DNA from: a virus
Lineage: Duplodnaviria; Caudoviricetes
Reading direction: 5' to 3' (one strand)
IMG/VR virus record: IMGVR_UViG_3300044993_000095
Span: 1 to 35,727 of that record
DNA: 35,727 bases
Shown: positions 15,199 through 24,869 of the stretch, one piece after another
Position numbering within the stretch: position 1 is the stretch's first letter
Layout: each line of letters begins with the position of its first letter
Notes under the pieces: generated by a model
What the model was told of the DNA's origin: nothing
Seen by the model: the letters and a program-made list of their open reading frames with translations, nothing else
Databases searched by the model: none
Program-made: the position numbers and the translations under genes

Positions 15199-15707
15199 GG
15201 TGTCGTCTCTCCGTCAGGTCGTGGGCATTGGCGTGGTAGGCGCGACTCATCGATGTCCAGCCACAGGTCTAATGCGCCGGTGGCCCATTGCCTGAGTTCA
15301 TTCAGCGCATCGCGCGAGCGGAACACCGCCCACTCTTTGCCGTCGATGCGCTTGCGTTCTTTGCCTGGTGCGATGCAGCCGCGCAGCTCGCTCACGTAGT
15401 TCGCGGGGTGGATCAGCACGGTCGTGCGCGCCTTGCCGCGCCGTGCTGCGGGCACTTGCGAGTCCCAGTGATACACATCGAGCGCCGGATTGACCAGCGC
15501 CCAGACGTTCTTGAACGCTTCCCCGCTGTGCGGGAACAGCCTGTATCGGCCCGGCGGTACGCAACTGACGCCCTTCTGCCCCCCGATTCCGCCGTTGGTG
15601 GACGGCACCCACGGACGTTCGAGCGACTGCACGCGGCGGCCATGCGCCTCGATGGTGCCGAGCGTGCAGCGCGCATCCCGATAGTCGCGGTACAGGGTGA
15701 AGATCAT
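15195..15707 (-). CDS. Putative endolysin, DUF5675 / L,D-transpeptidase-like
   Basis: TLGT...SLERPW...SCVPPGRY...VLIHPANYVSELRGCIAPG (H...GCI motif) and position in the lysis cassette. Confidence 0.7.
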   Translation of the reverse strand: MIFTLYRDYRDARCTLGTIEAHGRRVQSLERPWVPSTNGGIGGQKGVSCVPPGRYRLFPHSGEAFKNVWALVNPALDVYHWDSQVPAARRGKARTTVLIHPANYVSELRGCIAPGKERKRIDGKEWAVFRSRDALNELRQWATGALDLWLDIDESRLPRQCPRPDGETTP

Positions 15708-16012
15708 GATCGGTCGCCGCGCTTGGTGATCAGGCCGTCGATGCGGTCGGTGATGCGGTCCGCGAGCCGCTCAAGGCGTTCCTCGCTGCGCTTTTCGTTG
15801 GCATGCATCTCATGCCGCAACGCATCAATTGCCTTGCTCGTCGCGTCAGTCACGACGCGCATCGCTAACTCGATCTCCTCTTTGACTTTGCGCGTGATCA
15901 TGTGCGTCAGCCATCTCCACATCGCGCCGAGGACGATTGCGGCGGTGGCAACGACTTTTGACACCCACTCTGTGGCTGCCATCCACCATGCAACCAAATC
16001 CGACTCTGCCAT
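15704..16012 (-). CDS. Single-TM protein with coiled-coil C-terminus (holin/antiholin-like)
   Basis: TM segment VVATAAIVLGAMWRWL followed by a charged helical tail; directly upstream of the endolysin candidate. Confidence 0.55.
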   Translation of the reverse strand: MAESDLVAWWMAATEWVSKVVATAAIVLGAMWRWLTHMITRKVKEEIELAMRVVTDATSKAIDALRHEMHANEKRSEERLERLADRITDRIDGLITKRGDRS

Positions 16013-16037
16013 TCTTTCGTGTTCTCCATCGCACTAT

Positions 16038-16571
16038 CTACCACTGAAGCGTGCAGCCGACGCCGGGCAGTTCCCATCCCGGATTGGGCGGCTTGATGCT
16101 GGCATTGCTGGCGTGCAAGTGCTGCACCGAGCACGAGCCATGTTTCACGTGGAACAATCGGTACCTCAGCAGTAGCACAGCCTGCGTGCGCGTCCCGCTG
16201 TAGGGCGACTCTGCGATCCAATGCCCCAGCCCGAGTCCCAGAGACACGCGCCAGCGGGTGGCGACCAGCATGCCGAATGGCATGAGGTTGTTGCGCGTGT
16301 AGCCGTACTCGTCGTCATTGCTTGACCCGAGTAGCAGTAGACCGCCCTCCCAGTGCGTATTGGCGGTCGGCCCTGGATACGCGGCGCTGACCGCGATGTA
16401 CCCGGCCTCTCCCTTGCCGATCCGGGCGCCCACATCGAACCGAGTGTGCGGCAGGTCAGCTGCCCTCGCGCACTGAAACAGCACGAACAGCGCAATGAAC
16501 ACCACAAGCGCGATGAACACCGGCGCCTTGTGCGGGAGCAATTTGCGAAAATGATCGACGAGTTTTTTCAT
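16038..16571 (-). CDS. pagL: PagL-like lipid A 3-O-deacylase (outer-membrane beta-barrel)
   Basis: ATG at 16571 with AGGTG RBS. Signal peptide ends ARA|AD. Amphipathic beta strands, GLGLG, the signature HASNASIKPPNPGWE (PagL H-x-SNA...PNxG-x-E) and a terminal aromatic residue (W). Confidence 0.7.
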   Translation of the reverse strand: MKKLVDHFRKLLPHKAPVFIALVVFIALFVLFQCARAADLPHTRFDVGARIGKGEAGYIAVSAAYPGPTANTHWEGGLLLLGSSNDDEYGYTRNNLMPFGMLVATRWRVSLGLGLGHWIAESPYSGTRTQAVLLLRYRLFHVKHGSCSVQHLHASNASIKPPNPGWELPGVGCTLQW

Positions 16572-16593
16572 GACACACCTATACAAACGACAA

Positions 16594-18738
16594 TCACTGA
16601 AACGGCCCGTAACGGGTGACGCTGACATAGACAGAAAGCGACGCCGTATTCGTCCCGTCCACGATGTTGCACCAGAATGTGCCCTGACGTTCCTCAGACT
16701 GCGCCATGCCGCTACCGGTGAAAGTGGTGATCGGCGCGCCGACCGAGTTGATCCGAATGTTCACGCTCTCTGGATTCGTCCACGAGAACACGGGCGACAC
16801 CGAGCCGGTGATCGTGACCACGACTTGATTCGTCGTCAGGATTGACTGCGAACCGGACTTGAACACCGACGAAGGGGAACGAGATGCGCCCCAGCTTCCA
16901 GACGAGGGCGGCGGTGGTGGCGGCTGGTATTGAGGCGCAAGGAAGACACCAAACGTGTTAGGAACGAACGCGGAAAAATAGCTTCCGGCGCGCGCCTGCA
17001 CCTGCCAATATTTCACGGAGTTCACATCGAACGTGATAGCCGCGTTGAGTACGTCGCCTTCCCATTCCACCTGCTTCGATGCGGCGTCGCTCAGCGAGCC
17101 GGGATAGCTCACCAGCCGGTAGCGTGTGCCGAACGGGACGACGATAGGCTCGTTCCACGAGAACTGGATGGTGCCGCCGATGACAGTGGCGGTGAAGTCT
17201 TGCGGCTCGCTCGGTGTCGTCGGGTTGGTCGTCGGCAACGTTGCCGACGATGGCGCGTTGTACTCGCTCACCGCAAGGTCGGTCCAGTCGCCGGACTGTT
17301 CCTCCGTGAGCGCAACCTCGACCGTGCCGTTCGGCGCAAGCCGCAGCCCGGACACCGTGAACGTCTTGCCCGCCCAACCCAGCTCATCGAAGTTCAGCGC
17401 GACGTTGTCCCACAGCCGCAGTTTCATGAATCGCGGCGGCAAGGTGCCGGAGAGCACGATGCCGTTGCGCGACTGGCGAAGCACAAACTCCGCCTTGCGC
17501 TGGCCCTCGTACTCATTGGTGCACAGCGGTTGCTCGATCTCGATCCAGATGCGTTCGCCGCCGTCGGCGGACTGGTACGTGTTCGAGAAACGCCGGAAGG
17601 CTTCGACGCGCTGCCAATTGCGCTCAGGATTGACGATGTAGCACACGACGCCGTTGTAGCGACCCTCGTTGCGCGGCGCGGTGGTCTGGATGGCGTTGAT
17701 TTGCAGCCAATCCTCTTTGTCGATTGTGAACTCCGGCGTGCGCCACGCGCCCGCGAAGATGCGGTAGACGCCGCCGGTGTCGGACACCTTGCCCATCATC
17801 GCGTCCACGATGGTGCGCATGTTGTCCTCTGGATCAGCCGCCGTGGACAGCCTGCCGTTGAGCGTGTACCGCTTCTGTGTCGCCGACCCTGGGATGTTGA
17901 CCAACTGGTCGCATACATTGGCCGCCGTCACGACAGTCGCCCAATCGATGCGCGCCGGGTTCAGCGCATACCCGTACGACGCCATGAGGTAGTCGGCCCA
18001 GCACAACGCCGGGTTGTCGGTCCACGCGGCGTAGGATGGATTGGTCGGGTTCGCGCCCGGCGTCGTGTCCAGTCGCGGATCGTAACAGCGCTTCCCGCGC
18101 ACGACGAACGTGGTCAGCGGCACGCCGCCCGTGTACACCTTGCCCTTGCCCCAGTCGTACTGCACGGCGGCGTATGCGATGCCACGCCCTCGGAACGCGC
18201 TGGTGAACGCCGACGGGAACGCAGCGTTGAGGATGAAGTCCACGTTCTGCGTGTTCGTGCCACGGTAGCGACGAATCCACGCAGACCCAGCGTAAGGACC
18301 GGAACTGACCGCGCCATCCGACGACGTGCCAGTAACGCTGCCGATGGACGCGTTGGTGATCAGGTCCTGGTTGAAGTACACGTCCTCGAAACCATCGACC
18401 TCGTGTATGGCGAGCGCCAGCACCTGATGCAGGTAGCGACCGTTGGAACCGCTCGACAGCGGTGGGATCACGTTGACGCCCGACACGCGCACGCGCCCGT
18501 AAATGATCAGCCCTTCCGCCGCGCTGTCGGTCACCGACACTTCCAGCCCGCGGCCCGCGCCGCTCTTGGGGCGCGGCGACAACAGGCTCATCGCCTTGTT
18601 GAGCGCAAAGCCGACCGCCGCATAACCGAATGCCAGGCCCACGTAGGACGCCGCGAGCAGCACGCCGGCCGATGACGCGCCAAACGCGATGGCAGCGGAC
18701 GTGACCGCCTGAGCTATTGCGACAACCGCTGCTGCCAC
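16594..18738 (-). CDS. Tail tip / central tail fibre (host-specificity J-like) protein
   Basis: IIYGRVRVSG, RGIAY, VRGKRCYDPR, WTDNPALCWADYL and an FN3-like C-terminal region. Confidence 0.88.
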   Translation of the reverse strand: MAAAVVAIAQAVTSAAIAFGASSAGVLLAASYVGLAFGYAAVGFALNKAMSLLSPRPKSGAGRGLEVSVTDSAAEGLIIYGRVRVSGVNVIPPLSSGSNGRYLHQVLALAIHEVDGFEDVYFNQDLITNASIGSVTGTSSDGAVSSGPYAGSAWIRRYRGTNTQNVDFILNAAFPSAFTSAFRGRGIAYAAVQYDWGKGKVYTGGVPLTTFVVRGKRCYDPRLDTTPGANPTNPSYAAWTDNPALCWADYLMASYGYALNPARIDWATVVTAANVCDQLVNIPGSATQKRYTLNGRLSTAADPEDNMRTIVDAMMGKVSDTGGVYRIFAGAWRTPEFTIDKEDWLQINAIQTTAPRNEGRYNGVVCYIVNPERNWQRVEAFRRFSNTYQSADGGERIWIEIEQPLCTNEYEGQRKAEFVLRQSRNGIVLSGTLPPRFMKLRLWDNVALNFDELGWAGKTFTVSGLRLAPNGTVEVALTEEQSGDWTDLAVSEYNAPSSATLPTTNPTTPSEPQDFTATVIGGTIQFSWNEPIVVPFGTRYRLVSYPGSLSDAASKQVEWEGDVLNAAITFDVNSVKYWQVQARAGSYFSAFVPNTFGVFLAPQYQPPPPPPSSGSWGASRSPSSVFKSGSQSILTTNQVVVTITGSVSPVFSWTNPESVNIRINSVGAPITTFTGSGMAQSEERQGTFWCNIVDGTNTASLSVYVSVTRYGPFQ

Positions 18739-19145
18739 AAGTCGTCAAGCCTCCAAAAGCAATCCGCCATGCCCACGTCCGTCGCCGTCAGCCCTTCGGG
18801 GCTAGGCGCATACACGAGCCGCGAGCCAAGCACGCCGAGCGTCGTTTCGCCGAGCGCGTTGCTGAAGATGGCAATGTCTCCAGCCTCATACTCGCCCTCG
18901 CGCCGACCCGGCAGCCCCGTAAACTCTGTCACCAGCGCCTCGTAGCCGCCGCGCTTGGCAATCAGACGCAGCGCGCTGAGCCGCGTGGTGTAGTCGAGCA
19001 CGCTGCGCACGCGCTGCAAGTACTGCGTGCCGCACTGCCCATCCACCCATTCGCACGTGAACGTCACGCAGTCCACGCTGCCGAGCGCGAACGCGCGGTC
19101 GCGCCAACGCATCAAGTGATTGTGCAGCGCCTGCTGTCGCGTCAC
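18714..19145 (-). CDS. Tail-tip assembly protein, NlpC/P60-like (DUF6950-type)
   Basis: GTG at 19145 (GTGA overlap). FALGSVDCVTF...AGDIA motif; position between hub and tip genes. Confidence 0.7.
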   Translation of the reverse strand: MTRQQALHNHLMRWRDRAFALGSVDCVTFTCEWVDGQCGTQYLQRVRSVLDYTTRLSALRLIAKRGGYEALVTEFTGLPGRREGEYEAGDIAIFSNALGETTLGVLGSRLVYAPSPEGLTATDVGMADCFWRLDDLWQQRLSQ

Positions 19146-19807
19146 GGCAGCCCCCGAAACGGAATGTCCCAGTACGGGAAGTCGGTGGGATTGCCGGCCC
19201 CGCCGGACCGGTTCACGCCGCTCGCTCCGGAAAACGCCGTCGGCTGCTGCCCCCACATGGCCCGAAACAGCGGCACCTGGTCGATGAACTGAAAGAACGT
19301 ATCGCCCGACTGCGCGAGCACGGTCTGGTGTGTCTCGAGGTTGAAGTTGCTGGCCGGCGCGCGCCGACGCAACGCTGTTTCCGCCTCGATCTCGTAGAAA
19401 TTGCCGCGCTCCGGGTCCGCGAACCGCACCTCAACCTTGTTGATGAAGCCGCTCCACAGCAGTTCCGGGGTGCTGACGAACGTATCGCCTTGCTGCGTCA
19501 GGAAGCCGTGGCGGACCACGAACGGACGGCCCGCCATGTCCTCGCGCAGCGGCTCTACGAGGTCTGCAGAGCCAACGGCGGCCAGCCACGCACGGATGGC
19601 GCGGGCACTCCGCCCGGTCGCCTCGTCGATGGCCTCCATGCCGCCGAAGCCGCCGACGGGCGAGTACGTGTTGCCGAGCGTGTACATGAAGTCGTTGCCG
19701 TTGCACAGATACAGCGTCGATGACGTGACGCCAATATCCACGAGCTGACGGTAGCGCATGAGATAGTCATGCGCGGCGGAATTGGCGGCGGCGCTCGCGA
19801 ACCTCAT
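19142..19807 (-). CDS. Minor tail / baseplate hub protein
   Basis: LLWSGFIN...HQ...GDTFFQFI...WG pattern; lies downstream of Dit. Confidence 0.7.
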   Translation of the reverse strand: MRFASAAANSAAHDYLMRYRQLVDIGVTSSTLYLCNGNDFMYTLGNTYSPVGGFGGMEAIDEATGRSARAIRAWLAAVGSADLVEPLREDMAGRPFVVRHGFLTQQGDTFVSTPELLWSGFINKVEVRFADPERGNFYEIEAETALRRRAPASNFNLETHQTVLAQSGDTFFQFIDQVPLFRAMWGQQPTAFSGASGVNRSGGAGNPTDFPYWDIPFRGLP

Positions 19808-21393
19808 TCGTACACCTCGTCAAGCGTCAGGTCGATGTCCATGTACAGCCCATAGCGATTGTTCCACTGCGCGCCGTCGCGCAGCAGGAACTTGCCCATG
19901 GGCTTCGTGACGATGATCGGGTCGTTGTCCGCGACCGGGCGATGCAAGCGCGGACGGAACTGCAAGTAGCCGAGGCCTGCCGCATCGGAATCCAGCGACG
20001 CCGTGACCATCTTCAACTGCTGGTTGATCTCGATCCAGTCGCCCGGGAGCAGCAAGCCGTTGGTGCTCGCGGGCAGTCCCTTGACGTGAATCGCGGATCC
20101 GGTCTGCGCCGTGCCTGAAGGAACCGTGCTTGCAGTGGTCGTTGTCAGCCGCACTGGCACGCCCGACTTCGCGAGCGCGGGGCGGAATACGCGGACGCCA
20201 AAGGTACCATCGCCTGCGAACGTGGCCGTCGAGTCTGCGTTCTGAGCGACAAGCAACCCTTCCAACGTTGTGTTGCTATTAGTCTTTGTTGCGACCAACG
20301 CGCAGTAAAACCAGCCGTCGCCCAATCTGCGGATAAATGCCCGCCGATAGTTCCAGCCAGTTCCGGTGTTGGCGGTCGCGCCGATGTCGCCTGTTGCCAA
20401 GTTGAAAAACTGGAATACTGATCCAGCGGGTAAGCTCATCTGCAACCGCACGAATGTGTACCCATCTGCCTTAAATGCTCCAGCGATGCAGTAATCGGCG
20501 ACTGACGACGGAATAGTCCTAGTTTGATAAGCAAAGTGATTCGCGTTGACGGTAGTCGGCACAATTCTGCCGGCGCTATTTGCTCCGTCTGGGCCGGGGA
20601 ATCCCGTTAAAGCGGTTGCTTCGTTTTTGATCCAATCCGCGTTAGTGAGCGCATCGCTGTACGTGAACAGGTTGGGGCCGTTGTCCGCGAGGATACAGCG
20701 CGCGTAACTGGCAAAGTGAATGTCGATGCCGGTGCCTGCTTGTCCTATGGCTTGTTCGATGCCCGCTGACTGTCCTGTACTGATTGGTACCTGAAGCACA
20801 AGTGCATAGCCGCCTTCGGACGGGAAGGAAGCAAAAAACGACTGCACTGAGTCAAACTGGTAGACCCTTGTGCTATTAGGAAACTCGGTAGCGCCGTATG
20901 GCCGGGCAAAAGCGCGCATGACGTGCGGCGCGTAGACCGTTTTTGTAGGATCTTGAAATGCTGGATAGCTCGTTCCGCCAACGCCGCCAGTCTCATTGCC
21001 GCTTGTGCCTTTCGACACGGCGCGACGCACGCCGTTGACGTGCTGAATCGTATAGTCCGTGTAGCCGCTCCATCCTACCGTCGGGCCTTCTGCAAAGTCC
21101 GCGTTGGTGAACAGCTCAGTTGCGGGGAATGAACCACGAATGTTCTGCGCCGGCGACACGTACACGATGCGGTACGCGCCTTGCGCCTCATTCAATGCAG
21201 TGAGCAGCCGTGCGCGATCCGAGGCGCGCAGTGCGCGGTATGTGCGACGCATGCGCCAGCGCGGGTCGCCGTAGCTGTTGCGCTGCGTGTAGCGGCGCGA
21301 GAACTGCCCGCTGAACACGAACGTCTGATCGTCCACGAGTTCAATCGTTTCGCCGGACTCCGGCAGGATGTCGGGCGGGATGATGACGCTCAT
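19804..21393 (-). CDS. Distal tail protein (Dit) with inserted carbohydrate-binding-like domains
   Basis: Follows the tape measure gene. Dit-like N-terminus (PRWRMRRTY) and C-terminus (LLPGDWIEI...LKMVT...LQFRPRLH) flank an insert containing NLFTYSDALTNADW...RLGDGWFYC. Confidence 0.7.
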   Translation of the reverse strand: MSVIIPPDILPESGETIELVDDQTFVFSGQFSRRYTQRNSYGDPRWRMRRTYRALRASDRARLLTALNEAQGAYRIVYVSPAQNIRGSFPATELFTNADFAEGPTVGWSGYTDYTIQHVNGVRRAVSKGTSGNETGGVGGTSYPAFQDPTKTVYAPHVMRAFARPYGATEFPNSTRVYQFDSVQSFFASFPSEGGYALVLQVPISTGQSAGIEQAIGQAGTGIDIHFASYARCILADNGPNLFTYSDALTNADWIKNEATALTGFPGPDGANSAGRIVPTTVNANHFAYQTRTIPSSVADYCIAGAFKADGYTFVRLQMSLPAGSVFQFFNLATGDIGATANTGTGWNYRRAFIRRLGDGWFYCALVATKTNSNTTLEGLLVAQNADSTATFAGDGTFGVRVFRPALAKSGVPVRLTTTTASTVPSGTAQTGSAIHVKGLPASTNGLLLPGDWIEINQQLKMVTASLDSDAAGLGYLQFRPRLHRPVADNDPIIVTKPMGKFLLRDGAQWNNRYGLYMDIDLTLDEVYE

Positions 21394-23276
21394 TAGACCG
21401 GCCTCCGCAGTCCGTTGCGCTCAAGCAGGCGGACGACCTCGCGCATGGAGCGCGCATGCGTCTGCTCCATCGCGGCGAGCACGGTGGCCTGGTTCCTCTC
21501 GCTCATGTCGCCTTGCACGATGACCTGCGGGTTCATGTTGATGGTTATCGGGTTTGACTCGCGCGGCATCATGGTCGCCATCTGCGCGCGGTTGTACACC
21601 TTCATTGACCCGATGGGGGCGCGCACGAGTTCCGGCCCTGTCTCGCCCACGAGCGTCCAGCCGCTCGACTGGCCGCCGCCCGCCTTGCCGAAGCCGAACA
21701 GCGTGGTGAATCCCTTGATGACGGAGCCGAGGAATCCGCCGCCACCGCCACCGGCAGCCGCCGTGAACTGCTCGCGCAGCGCCTTGCTGATCCCGGACGT
21801 GAGGATGTCCGCGACGATGTTGCGCAGCGCCTGCTTGACGATGTCGCGCAGCGAGGTCAGGCCGTTCAGGCCACCTTGAGAGATGGCATTGCCGATGCCT
21901 GCGCCGATGGTATCGGCGAACTGGCGCAGCCGCTCCTGCGCGGCGGTCAGCGGGACCTCGACCTGATTCTGCACAGACGCGAATATTCGATCCTTCGCTT
22001 CTCCCACTCTGGCCGCGGCCTGCTCTTGCGAGATTCGACCGGCGCGCACAAGCTCCTGCACTTGCGCTTCGAGCTTCGCGTACTCCGCCGCCTGCGCCTC
22101 GACCGACGTGCGCGTGCGTTCTTCCAAGTCCTGATAGAACTGCTCCATCGCGGACAGCGATCGCTTGGTCGCCGTGACGACGACCTCCAGCCCATCCTCC
22201 AACGCTGCGGGCGCGGCTCGTGCATCGTCCGACAGGCCGCTGCTCCCGCTGTCTGCAACCTGAGCCACCGGGCCCGCAGCGCGCCTACGCCCTTGCGGCC
22301 CCTTCGGGTTCGCGTTCTCCAGCCGTGCGATCTCCGCGCGCAGCCTTGCCTTCTCGACCTCGTTGTAGCCTTTCTCAATGGATGCCAGCTGGGCGCGCAG
22401 CGTGTTGAGCCGGGTCTCAGTCGTGTTGTTCGCGCCGCTGCTGAGCAGGTTGCCGAGCGCGGCGACCGCGCGCACCGCCAGCCCCGCAATGTCAGTCAAC
22501 AACGACGCCACGGTCTGCAAGCCCTGCACCACGCGTGGGTCGGACAGCGTCGCGGTCAGCTTGTTGATCGCCTCCGCCGCCTTGCTGGACGTCTTTGCGG
22601 AGGCCTCGAACAGGTCGCTGAATGCGTTGCTCAATCCCTTCAGCGCGCCGCCCAGCGTGTTGCGGGCGGCTTCTGCCGTTCCTTTGAACCGCCGTTCGAG
22701 TTCGCCGAGCAGGACTTCGCTCGCTTTCGCGCGCTGGCCGGTCTCGGACAATCTGCGGATCGTGTCCTCTTGCGACTTTGAGAATACGATTCCTGTCTCG
22801 CGCAACCGCCGCAGCGCGATTTCCGGCCGCTCGATGGCGCGCCCAACGGTCTGCGCAGCAGATTCAACGCTTTGCCCGGTCGCCGCCGCAAAGTCCACCA
22901 CGACCTGACGCGCACGCTTGAACGTCTCGCCGGTGACGGCCTGGAATCGAAGCAGCTCCGTCTGCGCGCGCGTGATCTCCTCGTCGCCAAAGATCGTGGC
23001 CCGCTGCGTCGCGGACGAGAACGCCAGAATGTTGTCGCGCGTGACGCCGACTGTCTTGCCGAAAACTTGGTAGGCCTGATCCAGCTTGAAGACCGCATTT
23101 TCGGCCTCAATCGTGCTGCGAACCACTTTGGCGAATGCAGCACCGACCGTAGCCACGCCGGCCAGGCCAGCGACCGCAGAGCCGAATTTGCCAATGCGGT
23201 TCTGAACACCGCTCAATGGCGCGGTGATCTGATCCTTGAGCCGCAGTACCAGCTCAATGACGTTGTTGGCGGCCAC
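21393..23276 (-). CDS. Tail tape measure protein (627 aa)
   Basis: Long Ala-rich helical protein with TIFGDEEI and C-terminal AGGG...LVGETGPELV; follows the tail chaperone genes. Confidence 0.9.
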   Translation of the reverse strand: MAANNVIELVLRLKDQITAPLSGVQNRIGKFGSAVAGLAGVATVGAAFAKVVRSTIEAENAVFKLDQAYQVFGKTVGVTRDNILAFSSATQRATIFGDEEITRAQTELLRFQAVTGETFKRARQVVVDFAAATGQSVESAAQTVGRAIERPEIALRRLRETGIVFSKSQEDTIRRLSETGQRAKASEVLLGELERRFKGTAEAARNTLGGALKGLSNAFSDLFEASAKTSSKAAEAINKLTATLSDPRVVQGLQTVASLLTDIAGLAVRAVAALGNLLSSGANNTTETRLNTLRAQLASIEKGYNEVEKARLRAEIARLENANPKGPQGRRRAAGPVAQVADSGSSGLSDDARAAPAALEDGLEVVVTATKRSLSAMEQFYQDLEERTRTSVEAQAAEYAKLEAQVQELVRAGRISQEQAAARVGEAKDRIFASVQNQVEVPLTAAQERLRQFADTIGAGIGNAISQGGLNGLTSLRDIVKQALRNIVADILTSGISKALREQFTAAAGGGGGGFLGSVIKGFTTLFGFGKAGGGQSSGWTLVGETGPELVRAPIGSMKVYNRAQMATMMPRESNPITINMNPQVIVQGDMSERNQATVLAAMEQTHARSMREVVRLLERNGLRRPV

Positions 23277-23544
23277 TCAGCGAACGCTCCATTTCTGCAA
23301 TGATGGCCGACTGCACGAGCGAAAATGCCCGCACGACGACCGTCGGCTGATCGGCCAGCCCGCCGGGTTCTGGCCACTCGACGCGCACGAAGCCGCCTTG
23401 CCCATTCGGACAATGCGTTGCGGCGAACAAGTCAAACCAGACATCGACCGTCAAACCTCCCCACAGCGGGTCGCGCGCGTCTGCGAATTGTGCCTTCCCA
23501 GCAGCGACGCGCGTTGCTATGCGCCGGAAGGCGTCGAGTTTCCC
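23254..23544 (-). CDS. Tail assembly chaperone, frameshifted C-terminal (gpT-like) part
   Basis: The -1 frame from the GGGAAAC site reads GKLDAFRRIA...WPEPGGLADQP...; it has no good independent start and ends at the tape measure start. Confidence 0.7.
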   Translation of the reverse strand, partial: GKLDAFRRIATRVAAGKAQFADARDPLWGGLTVDVWFDLFAATHCPNGQGGFVRVEWPEPGGLADQPTVVVRAFSLVQSAIIAEMERSLSGRQQRH

Positions 23545-23843
23545 GGCATGGACTGCGCCATCCACTCCTCCGTCACTTCCGACAGCAGCGGGCCGAAGTA
23601 CGCCAGCGAGCACACATCTTCGGCGGTGATCGGGTTGCCCGCCGCGTCCGTGCCGCCCGACACCTCGACGATGTAGCGCGGCAGCATCTGCACCGCGAGC
23701 ATGTACAGCCCTTCCTGACTGCTTTCGCGGGTCGCGGACATCAACTGCACCGCATCGGCATGCGTCAATGGCTTGAGCGTCACGCGCCACGTCTCGCCGT
23801 CGAACTGCTTGGTCACCACGATATTGCGAACGAACTTGCCCAT
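23517..23843 (-). CDS. Tail assembly chaperone (gpG-like)
   Basis: Lies between the tail tube and tape measure genes. Ends ...MPGNSTPSGA with an in-frame slippery heptamer G GGA AAC. Confidence 0.8.
   Translation of the reverse strand: MGKFVRNIVVTKQFDGETWRVTLKPLTHADAVQLMSATRESSQEGLYMLAVQMLPRYIVEVSGGTDAAGNPITAEDVCSLAYFGPLLSEVTEEWMAQSMPGNSTPSGA
23538..23544 (-). other. Programmed -1 ribosomal frameshift site GGGAAAC
   Basis: XXXYYYZ heptamer in the correct phase (CCG GGA AAC) near the gpG-like stop, with an open -1 frame downstream. Confidence 0.8.
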
Positions 23844-23858
23844 GCATCATCCTTTGGG

Positions 23859-24854
23859 TTAGAACCCTGCGGCCCACGTGGAGATGGCGGTAAACTGGAT
23901 CGCGTAATTGCTCGACGGGTCGAGCACGCCGCGTGCCGTGAAGTTGACAGCAACCTCGCCCGGACCCTGCGACGCGAGTTTCAACGCCGTGATCTTCATC
24001 TGCGGCACGTCGATGGTCAGCGTGTTGAAGTACCCGCTCTGGATTGCCGTGCGCGTGTTGGCCACAGTGACCAGAAGACGGCGCTGCGTGCCGTTCACGA
24101 AGTCGTTGAGCCGGTCGCGGTTGGCAAGGTACAGCGTGCCGCTGATCGTCACTTCCCGGAATCCAGAGCGCGCGTACTTGTACGGTTCACGCGAGGCATT
24201 CACGGTGTACAGCGGTTCCACGTTCTCGTTCAGCGTGATCGTGATGTCGGAATTCTCGCCAACGCCGATGCCGCCGAGCGAGACGCTGGTCGTGTTCCAC
24301 GGGAACAAAGCGCCAACGTCCGCCGCATCGGGAAGCACGTTCAGCGATCCAATGCCCGTCGCAGTGCGCCGTCCACCCGCCGCCGACAGCCGCCCGCGCA
24401 GGAACTGGCCCTGTGCGATCTGGAACTCCAACTGTCCGAATTGCACGTCGAAGAAATGTTCTGCCGACGCCGCGTCCGTGAACTGCGAGTAGACCGTATA
24501 CGGTGCCTTGACCAGCGTGGAACTGAAGTCATCCGTGTTCGGCAGAAACGTGTACGTGCGAAGCGAGCCGGACGTGACGCTCACAGGGGCGTGATTCACG
24601 CACGCCGCGAGCGCCGCAAGCATGTTGCGCGGCGTCGCCTCGAACTCAATCGTGCCGAGCACTCGATCCACGCCATCGTAAGCCGCGCCCTGCTCGAACC
24701 GCCCGACCAGATTCTGGCTGATCAGCTCCTCGCGCTCCAATCCGATGTCGTGCGACACGTGCGCGAATCCGTGGAACGATGTTGCAGCGGTGACGCCCGT
24801 ACCGGCTGACGCCTGACGGGCAATGCCAAACTTGATCTGTGCGCCATACGGCAT
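23859..24854 (-). CDS. Major tail tube protein
   Basis: 331-aa beta-rich protein between the tail terminator and chaperone genes. No sheath gene is present, implying a non-contractile tail. Confidence 0.85.
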   Translation of the reverse strand: MPYGAQIKFGIARQASAGTGVTAATSFHGFAHVSHDIGLEREELISQNLVGRFEQGAAYDGVDRVLGTIEFEATPRNMLAALAACVNHAPVSVTSGSLRTYTFLPNTDDFSSTLVKAPYTVYSQFTDAASAEHFFDVQFGQLEFQIAQGQFLRGRLSAAGGRRTATGIGSLNVLPDAADVGALFPWNTTSVSLGGIGVGENSDITITLNENVEPLYTVNASREPYKYARSGFREVTISGTLYLANRDRLNDFVNGTQRRLLVTVANTRTAIQSGYFNTLTIDVPQMKITALKLASQGPGEVAVNFTARGVLDPSSNYAIQFTAISTWAAGF

Positions 24855-24869
24855 TGATTGCAGTGCCTC

